The notes beneath the pieces were generated by a model, which ran no database searches, had not been told where the DNA came from, and was given only the letters and a program-made list of their open reading frames with translations. Both the position numbers and the translations under genes were made by a program. DNA of 64,000 nucleotides from Eubacteriales bacterium (GTDB lineage: Bacteria > Bacillota > Clostridia > Oscillospirales > CAG-272): positions 149,482 to 213,481 of the forward strand of contig JBJDZG010000004.1 in assembly GCA_051867875.1 (NCBI GenBank), written 5' to 3'. Positions 9,232 through 18,675 of this stretch are shown one piece after another; positions within the stretch are counted from its first letter, which is position 1; every line of letters begins with the position of its first letter.

Positions 9232-10972
9232 ATTCGGAAAATTGACTGTTATAAAGTTCCGTGTAGAAACCGCCCTGCGCCATAAGGCTTTCGTGGGTAC
9301 CGGTTTCTATGATATTGCCGTCCTTCATTACGAGTATGAGGTCGGCTTCTTTTATTGTTGAGAGTCTGTGCGCGACGATAAAGCTCGTTCTGCCCTTCAT
9401 CATATTTGAAAAGGCTTCCTGAATTTTGAGTTCCGTTCTCGTGTCTATTGACGAGGTTGCCTCGTCAAGTATCAGCACGGGCGGGAGCGAGAGCATAAGG
9501 CGTGCTATGCAAAGCCTTTGCTTCTGTCCCTGCGAGAGCGTTCCGCCGTTGTTTTCAAGCACCGTGTCGTAGCCGTCCTTCATTCGCATAATAAAATTGT
9601 GCGCGTGTGAGAGCTTCGCCGCCTTGATTATCTCACCGTCGGTGGCATCGGGCTTGCTCATTGCGATATTCTCGCGGACTGTACCGCTCATAAGCCACGT
9701 GTCCTGCAAGACCATTCCGATATTGTCGCGGAGCTCCTTGTGGCTGATATCTCTGATATCAACGCCGTCAAGCGTTATAGAGCCGCCGTTCACGTCGTAA
9801 AAGCGCATCAGGAGATTAATAAGCGTCGTCTTTCCGCAGCCCGTGGGACCGACTATGGCAATTCTCTGCCCCGCCTCTGCCTTAATGCTGAAATTTCTTA
9901 TCAGCGGTTTTTCGGGAGTGTAGGAAAAGTCAACGTTTTCGATATTTATTTCGCCCTTGACGCGGTCAATTCTCTTTTCAGCCGTTGCGTCGGGTGTTTC
10001 CTCTTCTTCTTCAAGGAGTGCGAAAATTCTCGACGCGCATGCGAATGCGTTCTGAAGCTCTGCAATAACGCCCGAAATTTCATTAAAGGGCTTCGTGTAC
10101 TGATTTGCGTAGCTCAGAAAAATAACAAGACTTCCGACTGAAAACACACCGCCCGTTGAGATTACCGCAAGTGCGCCTGCAAGGCTCACGCCCGCATACA
10201 TGAGCGAGTTTACAAAACGCGTGCTCGGATTTACGAGCGAGGAATAGAAAATAGCTTTAAGCGAGCACTTTCCAAGGCGCGAGTTGACCCCGTCAAATCT
10301 CTCCTGACTCCTGTCGCCGTATCCGTAAGCCATGACGGTCTTTTGATTGTTTATCATCTCGTCGATGAGCGCGGTCTCCTCTGCGCGTGTTTTTGACTGC
10401 TCTCGGAACATACTGTAAGTATGGTTTGCGATAAAGCGCGCAACAAAGAGGGATAGCGGAGTTATCAGTATAACCACGAGTGCAATAAGAGGATTTATCG
10501 CAAGCATGAACGCGAGCGTTCCGACGATTGTTATTACTCCCACGAAAAGCTGTGAAAAGCCGAGTAAAAGTCCGTTTGAAAAGTGGTCTGCGTCGGCGAT
10601 AACACGGCTGACGATATCGCCGTAAGAGCGCGAATCAATAAAGGAAAGCGGGAGCTTTTCTATTTTTGCCATAGCGCGATTTCTGATATCCTGCACCGCG
10701 CCGTAAGCAAGCGAGTTGTTCACAAGGCTCATAAGCCACTGAAAAACGGCGGTGAGAGCTACGCAAACGGCTACTTTTATCAAAATCGATACGATTCCGT
10801 TAAAATCGACGTTCCCCGCCTCAACTATAAGGTCGATGGCGTTACCTATGAGAATGGGAACGTAGAGTGTGAGTGCGACTACCGCAAGCGCAAGCAAAAG
10901 CGAGAGCACTATGAGGTGTTTTTTGGAGCTTAAAAGCCCCAGAACCTTTTTGAGCGTACCTTTATCCTTCAT
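9230..10972 (-). CDS. ABC exporter, fused permease/ATPase (subunit B)
   Basis: TM domain plus 'GPTGCGKTT', 'LSQGQKQ', 'LILDEATSSID', 'AHRLST'; start MKDK at 10972. Confidence 0.9.
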   Translation of the reverse strand: MKDKGTLKKVLGLLSSKKHLIVLSLLLALAVVALTLYVPILIGNAIDLIVEAGNVDFNGIVSILIKVAVCVALTAVFQWLMSLVNNSLAYGAVQDIRNRAMAKIEKLPLSFIDSRSYGDIVSRVIADADHFSNGLLLGFSQLFVGVITIVGTLAFMLAINPLIALVVILITPLSLFVARFIANHTYSMFREQSKTRAEETALIDEMINNQKTVMAYGYGDRSQERFDGVNSRLGKCSLKAIFYSSLVNPSTRFVNSLMYAGVSLAGALAVISTGGVFSVGSLVIFLSYANQYTKPFNEISGVIAELQNAFACASRIFALLEEEEETPDATAEKRIDRVKGEINIENVDFSYTPEKPLIRNFSIKAEAGQRIAIVGPTGCGKTTLINLLMRFYDVNGGSITLDGVDIRDISHKELRDNIGMVLQDTWLMSGTVRENIAMSKPDATDGEIIKAAKLSHAHNFIMRMKDGYDTVLENNGGTLSQGQKQRLCIARLMLSLPPVLILDEATSSIDTRTELKIQEAFSNMMKGRTSFIVAHRLSTIKEADLILVMKDGNIIETGTHESLMAQGGFYTELYNSQFSE

Positions 10973-12692
10973 TTTGCGCCCCCCTTTCTCCGTACTGGGA
11001 AAGATGTATCTCGCGGTATACGGGGCAGTTTTCGAGCAACTCGCCGTGAGTGCCGAAGCCCACTGCCTCGCCCTCGTCGAGTACCAAAATTTTGTCTGCA
11101 AATCTTACGGAAGAAGTCCTCTGCGAAACGAGCACGAGAGTGATTCCTTCAAGGTCGGCTCTTATTGCAGAGCGCAGCCGTGCGTCGGTCGCATAGTCGA
11201 GAGCCGAGGAGCTGTCGTCGAGAATGAGTATCTCGGGCCTGCGAACGAGCGCGCGGGCAATATTTAACCTTTGCTTCTGTCCGCCCGAGAGGTTTTTGCC
11301 GTCCTGCAAGACAGCTAAATCAAGTCCCTCTCCCTTTTCTTCAATCATATCGTACAGCTGTGCGGTTTTGAGTGCCTGCACAACTTCTTCGTCTGTGGCG
11401 TTCCTCTTCCCGAACGTAACATTATCGCGGATACTTCCTGCGAAAACGGAGTTTTTCTGCATAACTACTGCAATTTTATCACGGAGTGCCGAGATGTCGT
11501 AATCGTTTACGTTTACACCGAAAACACAGACCTCGCCCTCGGTTGCGTCGTAAAACCTCGGTATGAGCGATACCACGCTCGATTTTCCCGAGCCCGAAGA
11601 GCCGATGATGCCGAGCACCTCTCCCTTGCCGATATTGAAGCTGATATTTTCAAGTGCGTCCGCGCCCGAACCTCTGTATCTCAAAGAGACGTTCTTAAAT
11701 TCAATGGCGGTGTCGGTTTTGCCCTCCGTTTGGGTGCCGTTCTTCTGCGAGTTTTTGATATCAAATACCGCCTGTACTCTATTTGCCGACGCGATGCTCT
11801 TGGTCAGTGTAACTATGAGAGAGGCGAATTTGATAAGCTCAACGAGAATTTGCGACATATAGTTATAGAGCGCAACGACCTCACCGTTTTCAAGCGCACC
11901 GCTGTCAACACGGAGCCCGCCTACGTAAACGAGAGCGATAATCGCAAGATTTATAAGGACGTAGGTAGCGGGATTCAAAAACGCGGATATTTTTCCGACT
12001 TTAAGAGAAAGTTCGGTAAAAACGGAGTTTGCGTCCTCAAACTTTTTCTTTTCTTTATCCTGATTGTTAAACGCGCGGATAACGCGCGCGCCGATGAGAT
12101 TTTCACGCACGAGCGAGAGCACTCTGTCGAGCTTTTTCTGCACCGTTTTGTAAAGCGGTACCGTGAGTGCCATAATGAGTGCTACAACCGCAAAAAGTAT
12201 CGGAACGACGACGGCGAAAATCACCGCACTTTGTGCATCTACGTAAAACGCCATGACAACTGCACCGAACACTACAAACGGCGAGCGCAAAAGCAGACGA
12301 AGGCACATATTGACGCCCGTCTGTATCTGGTCGATATCGCTCGTCATTCGCGTAATCATCGTGGACGTGCCAAGCTCGTCCATCTCGGCAAACGAGAGGG
12401 ACTGAATATGCGAGAAGAGCTTGCTTCTCATATTGGTGGCGCAACCCACTGCCGCACGGGCGGAAAAGCGCTGTGCAGTAATTGAAACTATAAAACCGAC
12501 GCCCGCAAAGACAGCGAGAAGCACGACACATTTCACGATATGCGTCTTATCGCCCATCTCAATTCCGTTATCGATTATCGAAGCCACGACGAGCGGAACG
12601 AGCAACTCGAAAAACGCCTCTGTGAATTTGAGCAGAGGTCCGAGTACGCAGTCCTTGCCATAGCCTTTAAGACATTCTAAAACCTTTTTCAA
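10962..12692 (-). CDS. ABC exporter, fused permease/ATPase (subunit A, degenerate site)
   Basis: 'GSSGSGKSS', 'LSGGQKQ', 'LILDDSSSALD', 'VSQR': the usual degenerate half of a heterodimeric exporter. Confidence 0.9.
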   Translation of the reverse strand: MKKVLECLKGYGKDCVLGPLLKFTEAFFELLVPLVVASIIDNGIEMGDKTHIVKCVVLLAVFAGVGFIVSITAQRFSARAAVGCATNMRSKLFSHIQSLSFAEMDELGTSTMITRMTSDIDQIQTGVNMCLRLLLRSPFVVFGAVVMAFYVDAQSAVIFAVVVPILFAVVALIMALTVPLYKTVQKKLDRVLSLVRENLIGARVIRAFNNQDKEKKKFEDANSVFTELSLKVGKISAFLNPATYVLINLAIIALVYVGGLRVDSGALENGEVVALYNYMSQILVELIKFASLIVTLTKSIASANRVQAVFDIKNSQKNGTQTEGKTDTAIEFKNVSLRYRGSGADALENISFNIGKGEVLGIIGSSGSGKSSVVSLIPRFYDATEGEVCVFGVNVNDYDISALRDKIAVVMQKNSVFAGSIRDNVTFGKRNATDEEVVQALKTAQLYDMIEEKGEGLDLAVLQDGKNLSGGQKQRLNIARALVRRPEILILDDSSSALDYATDARLRSAIRADLEGITLVLVSQRTSSVRFADKILVLDEGEAVGFGTHGELLENCPVYREIHLSQYGERGAQNEG

Positions 12693-12850
12693 AATTTCTT
12701 ACCTTTCGATGATAATATTCTTTCGGTATTATATCACATTTTGGGAAATAATTAAAGTATTTATAAAAAATTCTTGCAAAAAATTATATTATATGTTATT
12801 ATTAAAATGGATATTTAGTGAAGCACAGATTTTCGGAGGAAAAGTACAAA

Positions 12851-13957
12851 ATGATAATCGAACTTGAAGAATACAAATATAAGCTCATCGGCATGAGAAA
12901 GGACATAGCGGAGCTCCGCGCTTCGCTTCGTATCGACGAGCTGACAAAGAGTGTTAACGAAATGGAAGAAAAGACGCTCGACCCTGATTTCTGGTCAAAT
13001 CAGGACAATTCCTCAAAGATACTTCAAGCAATCAAGCAGGGCAAAAAAAAGCTCGACGAGTTTTTAGGGCTCGCTCAAAGGCTTGAGGACGCAATTGCCC
13101 TTGCGGATATGGCAATCGAGGAGAACGAAGAGGGCTACGCCGACGAGGTGCGTGAGGAGCTTGAACACATTGAAAAGGAAGAGGAGCGAATGCGAATAGA
13201 AATTCTCCTCTCGGGTGAATACGACCGCAACAACGCCATCGTTTCCTTCCACCCGGGTGCGGGCGGTACGGAGGCTCAGGACTGGGCACAGATGCTCTAC
13301 CGAATGATTACCCGCTGGGCTGAGGCTCACGACTACACGGTAAAGCTTCTCGACTGGCTCGACGGCGATGCGGCGGGCATCAAGAGCGCTACTATTATGG
13401 TCGAGGGAGAGAACGCCTACGGCTACCTTAAAAGTGAAAACGGAGTTCACCGCCTCGTGCGTGTGTCGCCGTTTGATGCAAACGGACGCCGCCAGACCTC
13501 ATTTGCTTCCATTGAGGTAATGCCCGAATTTGAGGACGACAACACCATTGAAATAAGGCCCGAGGACATCGAAGTGACGGCACACCGTTCCAGCGGTGCT
13601 GGCGGTCAGCACATTAACAAAACCGACTCCGCTATCCGTATTTTGCACAAGCCTACGGGCATTGTAGTCGGCTGTCAGACCGAGCGTTCACAGCTCCAGA
13701 ACAAGGAAACAGCGATGAAGATGCTCAAATCAAAGCTTCTTGAAATCAAAATCCGCGAAAATCTTGAAAGAGTTGAGGACATTCAGGGCAACAAGGCAAA
13801 TATCGAATGGGGCTCACAGATTCGTTCCTACGTATTTATGCCCTACACTCTTGCAAAGGACACGAGAACCGGCTACGAAAACGGCAATATTTCCGCAGTA
13901 ATGGACGGCGACATAGACGGATTTATCAATGCATATCTTAGGTATATAACAAAATAA
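12851..13957 (+). CDS. prfB: Peptide chain release factor 2 (no programmed frameshift)
   Basis: 'GAGGTEAQDW', SPF motif 'RVSPFD', 'GAGGQHIN'; continuous ORF; ATG at 12851 after GGAGG. Confidence 0.95.
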   Translation: MIIELEEYKYKLIGMRKDIAELRASLRIDELTKSVNEMEEKTLDPDFWSNQDNSSKILQAIKQGKKKLDEFLGLAQRLEDAIALADMAIEENEEGYADEVREELEHIEKEEERMRIEILLSGEYDRNNAIVSFHPGAGGTEAQDWAQMLYRMITRWAEAHDYTVKLLDWLDGDAAGIKSATIMVEGENAYGYLKSENGVHRLVRVSPFDANGRRQTSFASIEVMPEFEDDNTIEIRPEDIEVTAHRSSGAGGQHINKTDSAIRILHKPTGIVVGCQTERSQLQNKETAMKMLKSKLLEIKIRENLERVEDIQGNKANIEWGSQIRSYVFMPYTLAKDTRTGYENGNISAVMDGDIDGFINAYLRYITK

Positions 13958-13981
13958 AAACTAAACTAAAAGGAGAACATT

Positions 13982-14704
13982 ATGGACTTTTCAAACTTAA
14001 AGCTTCGTGCACGTGAAGCACTCAAAGGAAACTGGGGAATTGCAATTATCGCGTCCCTCATAGTGGGAGCATTGGGCGGCGGCTCATCCGTCAACCTCAA
14101 TATTGACCTGTCGGATTTTCAGGGCACGCCCCTTGAACCGTTAGCAGAACAATTTGAACTCTTTGTTGAGCAGAATCTCGGTTGGCTCCTGGCAATAATC
14201 GGCTCTCTGGCAGCAATCGGTTTCGTTGTATCCGTGTTGACATTCTGCATTTCGTCAGTCGTAAGTACGGGTTATGCAAAATTCGATCTCGACCTCGTTG
14301 ACAGAGGCGAAGCAAAGCTCGGTACACTGTTTTCCTATTTCAAGAATTGGAAAAACCTTATTCTCACTAACCTTCTCTACACTCTCTACGTATTTCTTTG
14401 GTCGCTCCTCTGCATAATTCCCGGAATTATCGCTCAATATAAATACGCTATGGTCCCCTACATACTCGCAGAAGAACCCGACCTTAGTCCGAGAGAGGCG
14501 CTTAGCCGCTCCGAAGTTATGATGCAGGGACACAAGCTCGACCTGTTCTTGCTCAATCTTTCATTCATCGGTTGGGTTATCCTGTCCGTTTTGTCCTGCG
14601 GTATAGGCTTCATCTGGCTCACCCCCTATGTGTCTGCTACTCAAACCGAGTTCTACCGCGAGATTTCGGGAACCGGAAATGCTACTGCTGAATTTTATAA
14701 CTGA
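13982..14704 (+). CDS. DUF975 family membrane protein (paralogue 3)
   Basis: 'LKLRAREALKGNW', 'LWSLLCIIPGII..YKYAMVPYI', 'MMQGHK..LF.L.LSFIGW'. Confidence 0.85.
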   Translation: MDFSNLKLRAREALKGNWGIAIIASLIVGALGGGSSVNLNIDLSDFQGTPLEPLAEQFELFVEQNLGWLLAIIGSLAAIGFVVSVLTFCISSVVSTGYAKFDLDLVDRGEAKLGTLFSYFKNWKNLILTNLLYTLYVFLWSLLCIIPGIIAQYKYAMVPYILAEEPDLSPREALSRSEVMMQGHKLDLFLLNLSFIGWVILSVLSCGIGFIWLTPYVSATQTEFYREISGTGNATAEFYN

Positions 14705-14707
14705 CGT

Positions 14708-14746
14708 AAAAAATAATCCCTCGGCGTTGCCGAGGGATTATTTTTT
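14708..14746. terminator. Bidirectional terminator
   Basis: AAAAATAATCCCTCGGC-GTT-GCCGAGGGATTATTTTT. Confidence 0.8.
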
Positions 14747-14896
14747 ATGAGTCACGTACACCCATTCGGGCAGGGCTTCAAAGTTTAGGGCTTCGCAGAG
14801 CGCCACCGCAAGAAAAAGGGCGAGCAAGCACGCGACGAATATCGCGCGGGATAGGAGCATTCTGCGACTTTTTATCTTTTTGATTTTGTATTTCAT
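14738..14896 (-). CDS. Small basic single-TM protein (52 aa), hypothetical
   Basis: GGAGGTGG RBS then ATG; MKYKIKKIKSRR plus one hydrophobic helix. Confidence 0.5.
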   Translation of the reverse strand: MKYKIKKIKSRRMLLSRAIFVACLLALFLAVALCEALNFEALPEWVYVTHKK

Positions 14897-14948
14897 ATCC
14901 ACCTCCGACACTAAAAATATATCGTGTCGGCGCGCAAAAAATGCAAGT

Positions 14949-16115
14949 TCAGTCAATTATCACGGGACTTTTTTTGAGAAAATACGCGCTGTCTTTAGCA
15001 CTCGGCATACAGAGCGTGTAAAAGCTGTCCGCGCGCTGATTCAGCGCAAATTGACGCTTTGCTCCCTCATCTTCAAAACAAGACGCGTCTGCGGGCTTGG
15101 TTACTATTCTTATGCTGCCGTCCTTGCGGATTTTTGCAAGATAATCCCTACCCGTCTTATTTGCGCCGAGCAAGGTCGTATACGCGACGGGCGCGCGCAG
15201 GTCGGAGTGCTTTATATCAAACAGAATGTACAAAATCGCGCGCTTTACGGCGCCCGTGGTGTATCTGCCCGATTTAAGCCTTTCGATAAGTTCGGCGTAG
15301 GTTGTGGAATTGTTCGCCCCGTTAACTATCTTATAAATAAGCCCTCTGTCGCTTATCGCTACGTCAGCGTTTTCCGCATTGACGGTGCGCAGATAGTAAA
15401 TCAGCGCATTTGAGGCGCGCTCAATGAGCGTGGGACTCTCTCTTTTCATAATATCAAAAACGAAGTCGGGAACGAACGGTGCGACGCTGTCGATATTTCC
15501 CGCTTCAAGCTGTGCACGCAGTGCCGTCGCGCTCGGAAACTGTCCCAAAACGAGCTCTCTGTCGCCGTATCCGTTGCCCTCACGCTTTATGGGACAGATA
15601 TTCATTTTATAGCCGTTTTTTATTATGGCTTTGGTGTACTCAACTGCCAGAATATCGTTTGAAAGGCAAGCGCCGTCCGCACCCGCCTCATTCAGTACGT
15701 CAAAATACGAAAGTGCGCTCCCCTTGCTCTTCGGAATCTGCTTAAACTTCTGTGCAACCTCGTCCGAAAGGGCTGTTTCTGCCGTTTTTATGATTTTTTC
15801 GGCGTCCGCACTCTCCGATCCGAAGCATAACTTGTCAGCACCCGTGCGGTACAGTATTTCAACGCCGGACGATGCGAAGAACTCCGCGCTCGCAATACAG
15901 TAAGGCACGGGAAGCTCAAGCACGAGGTCCGCGCCCGCGCGCAGAGCCATCTCGGCTCTTTCGTATTTGCCGAAAACAGCGGGCTCGCCCCTCTGCACGT
16001 AATTTCCGCTCATCACGCAAATTACGGGCTCGTCGCTGATGCTCTTTACAGTTTTTATCTGGTGCAGATGACCGTTATGAAAGGGGTTATATTCGCAAAT
16101 TATGCCAAAAGCCAT
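14949..16115 (-). CDS. tmcAL: tRNA(Met) cytidine acetate ligase (HIGH-type nucleotidyltransferase)
   Basis: 'GIICEYNPFHNGH', 'MSGNYVQRGEP', 'SNDILAVEY', 'SATALR'. Confidence 0.85.
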   Translation of the reverse strand: MAFGIICEYNPFHNGHLHQIKTVKSISDEPVICVMSGNYVQRGEPAVFGKYERAEMALRAGADLVLELPVPYCIASAEFFASSGVEILYRTGADKLCFGSESADAEKIIKTAETALSDEVAQKFKQIPKSKGSALSYFDVLNEAGADGACLSNDILAVEYTKAIIKNGYKMNICPIKREGNGYGDRELVLGQFPSATALRAQLEAGNIDSVAPFVPDFVFDIMKRESPTLIERASNALIYYLRTVNAENADVAISDRGLIYKIVNGANNSTTYAELIERLKSGRYTTGAVKRAILYILFDIKHSDLRAPVAYTTLLGANKTGRDYLAKIRKDGSIRIVTKPADASCFEDEGAKRQFALNQRADSFYTLCMPSAKDSAYFLKKSPVIID

Positions 16116-16215
16116 ATTAAAACTCCTTTTATTTGAAAAATCTATTGAAATTTGAATTTTTTTAGTGTATAATGAACGTGTTAATATTTATTTTTAATTG
16201 GAGGTTTCATTTTTT

Positions 16216-17427
16216 ATGAACGTTCTCGTAGTAAACGCGGGTTCAAGCTCGCTCAAATACCAGCTCTTCAATACGACCGACGGCGTAGTAATCGCAAAAG
16301 GTATATGCGAGAGAATCGGTATCGACGGAAAAATCACACACAAGCAGCTCATCAGCGGAAAATCCTTCTCTGCCGACGTCGATATGCCCAACCACACGAT
16401 TGCCATGCAGTCGGTCGTTGACGCCCTCACACATGAGGACCACGGCTGTATCAGAAGCATGAGTGAGATTGAGGCAGTAGGACATAGAATAGTCCACGGC
16501 GGTCACTATTTCTCACAGTCGGTAGTTCTTACCGACGAGGTATTCAGGACACTTGACGAAAAGTGCCGTGCCATCGCTCCTCTTCACACTCCCGCTCACC
16601 TTCAGGGAATCCAGGCTTGCCTTGATATTCTTCCCTCCACTCCTCAGGTGCTCGTATTTGACACTGCTTTCCATCAGACAATGCCCGAGGAAGCGTATAT
16701 GTACGGTCTTCCCTACGAGCTCTATGAAAAATACGGCGTTCGCCGTTACGGTGCACACGGCACGTCCCACCGCTACGTTGCAGGCGAGATGATTAAGATT
16801 CTCGGCGGAAATGCAGAGGGCACTAAAATTATTACCTGTCACCTTGGAAACGGCTCTTCCATAAGCGCAGTCAAGGACGGAAAGTGCGTTGATACTTCCA
16901 TGGGCTTTACACCTCTTGCAGGCGTTCTCATGGGCACGCGTTGCGGCGATATGGACCCTGCTCTCGTTCCTTTCGTAATGGAGCAGCTCAACCTTTCTCC
17001 CGCAGAAGTTAACAACTATATGAACAAGCAGTGCGGATTCCTCGGCATTTCGGGCGTTTCCTCCGACTGCCGCGACCTTGAAGCCGCTATCCGCGAGGGC
17101 AATCACAGAGCGAAGCTCGCTATGGACATGCTCTGCTACCAGATTAAGAAGTTCATCGGCTCCTACACCGCAGCTATGGGCGGTCTTGACGCTATCGTAT
17201 TCACGGCAGGTATCGGTGAGAACACCTCCTACATTCGTGAGCACGCACTCGACGGGCTTGATTTCCTCGGCGTTAAGATTAACAAGGAAGTCAACAACGA
17301 AACGAAAGGATATTCGGGTATCACCGATATGTCCGACGAAGCTTCCCGCGTAAAGATTTATATGATTCCCACTAATGAAGAGCTCATGATAGCTCAGGAT
17401 ACGGAAGCACTCGTAAAAGCACTTTGA
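16216..17427 (+). CDS. ackA: Acetate kinase
   Basis: 'VNAGSSSLKYQL', 'GHRIVHGG', 'VFDTAFHQT', 'HLGNGSS', 'FTAGIGEN', 'PTNEE'. Confidence 0.97.
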   Translation: MNVLVVNAGSSSLKYQLFNTTDGVVIAKGICERIGIDGKITHKQLISGKSFSADVDMPNHTIAMQSVVDALTHEDHGCIRSMSEIEAVGHRIVHGGHYFSQSVVLTDEVFRTLDEKCRAIAPLHTPAHLQGIQACLDILPSTPQVLVFDTAFHQTMPEEAYMYGLPYELYEKYGVRRYGAHGTSHRYVAGEMIKILGGNAEGTKIITCHLGNGSSISAVKDGKCVDTSMGFTPLAGVLMGTRCGDMDPALVPFVMEQLNLSPAEVNNYMNKQCGFLGISGVSSDCRDLEAAIREGNHRAKLAMDMLCYQIKKFIGSYTAAMGGLDAIVFTAGIGENTSYIREHALDGLDFLGVKINKEVNNETKGYSGITDMSDEASRVKIYMIPTNEELMIAQDTEALVKAL

Positions 17428-17436
17428 TTTCTCTTT

Positions 17437-17468
17437 ATGCACATCACCTTTCGGTGATGTGCATATTT
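17437..17468. terminator. Terminator after ackA
   Basis: ATGCACATCACC-TTTC-GGTGATGTGCAT. Confidence 0.7.
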
Positions 17469-17502
17469 GATTCTATCATTTTCCTTCCGGAATTGCAAGT
17501 AT

Positions 17503-18537
17503 TTAGAACAGATTTCGGCAAAAATTCTCCGTAAATCGCTCTTTTGCCTCAAAATCCATAGCGGAGCCGTAGATTTTTTCAATATCAAAGTGGTGCTTTT
17601 TGACCTTTTCAAACTCCGACAGAGTGAGGTGCAGAATTTCGTCCCTCGCCCTTGCTATCGCTCTGTATTCTTCCCTTGCACTCGCAATTTTTTCCGCGTC
17701 CACAAAGCGCTTCATATTGACTACCCTGCTTTCCTCTCTGCACTCGTTTCCTATCTCAAATGTGAGTCCGTCGGCAACCGACGCAAGAGCGTCAACCCTT
17801 TCGGGCATTATGGGATTGCTCGAAATTCTGAGGTCGGCGCCCTTAGCGCCAAACGCATCTGTGAGGGCTTCGGTGAGAAAATGAGCGCTCTCGTAGTAGT
17901 CGTTTATCTCGTAATAAATCCGCGCGTTTTCGTAATACGTCGGGTAGGATGAAATTCCCCTCATTCCTATGGCACGGCAGAGCAAATGCTCAACTTTGCC
18001 CTCTCCGCGCGTAATGTCGCGGGCGTATTTTTCGGCAAAGGCGCGTATTTTGTCTTTTTTGACGCAGGGGCGGATAACTTCTTCCATATTCTCACTCAGC
18101 GCGCGATAGGCTCTGAGATAGCGGTAAGCATTCTCAAAATGCTCTGCCTTTTTTGCGCTGATTATTTCAATGACCTCTCGCATTCCCGCGAGCTTCTTTG
18201 AGTCGAGAAATTGGGACAGCTCCACGAAATGCTCGACGGCACCTATCACCTTCGGCTCGTAAACGTGGGGCGCTGTGCCGTCAAGCACCGCAATTCTCGG
18301 CTCGTTTATAATAATACCGTCAAGGCTGTCCGCGTCTGACGAGCAGTAGATATAGCGCACCGAAAAGCCGTTTTTCTCGGCACATTTGGCGCATTCGTTC
18401 ATAAAATATGCTTTTCCGATGCCCGAGCCGCCCTTAATAATGTATATCCGTGAAAATTTCCGCGTATCAAAAGCTTCGTCGTAGTAAGGATAAAAGCCCT
18501 CAGCCGAGTTTGATGCAATAAAATACTTTTCTGACAT
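17503..18537 (-). CDS. P-loop NTPase-like protein of the PRK06851 type
   Basis: 'NSAEGF', 'IKGGSGIGK', 'CSSDADSLDG', 'DGTAPH..EP', 'H..IE.IY..AMDF'. Confidence 0.7.
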   Translation of the reverse strand: MSEKYFIASNSAEGFYPYYDEAFDTRKFSRIYIIKGGSGIGKAYFMNECAKCAEKNGFSVRYIYCSSDADSLDGIIINEPRIAVLDGTAPHVYEPKVIGAVEHFVELSQFLDSKKLAGMREVIEIISAKKAEHFENAYRYLRAYRALSENMEEVIRPCVKKDKIRAFAEKYARDITRGEGKVEHLLCRAIGMRGISSYPTYYENARIYYEINDYYESAHFLTEALTDAFGAKGADLRISSNPIMPERVDALASVADGLTFEIGNECREESRVVNMKRFVDAEKIASAREEYRAIARARDEILHLTLSEFEKVKKHHFDIEKIYGSAMDFEAKERFTENFCRNLF

Positions 18538-18675
18538 ATTGACCTCCATAGATTTTATTTCCCTATAAATCTATGAAAAAGGCGGTCTTTTTGTTAAATG
18601 ATAAATTAAAAAACCTCTCCTCGGTCGCATCGTCATCAAGGAGAGGTTGTTTTTTCGGTATTTTTTATCGTTTGA

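Noticed and set aside
14949-17427. Divergent tmcAL/ackA pair as a novel functional link
   Set aside because: TmcAL uses acetate, and its proximity to acetate genes in Firmicutes is already known.
16513-17442. 309-aa ORF antisense to ackA (and similar antisense ORFs over ligA, the serine dehydratase, the ABC genes and glmS)
   Set aside because: Fully overlap well-supported genes and lack motifs; expected from codon bias.
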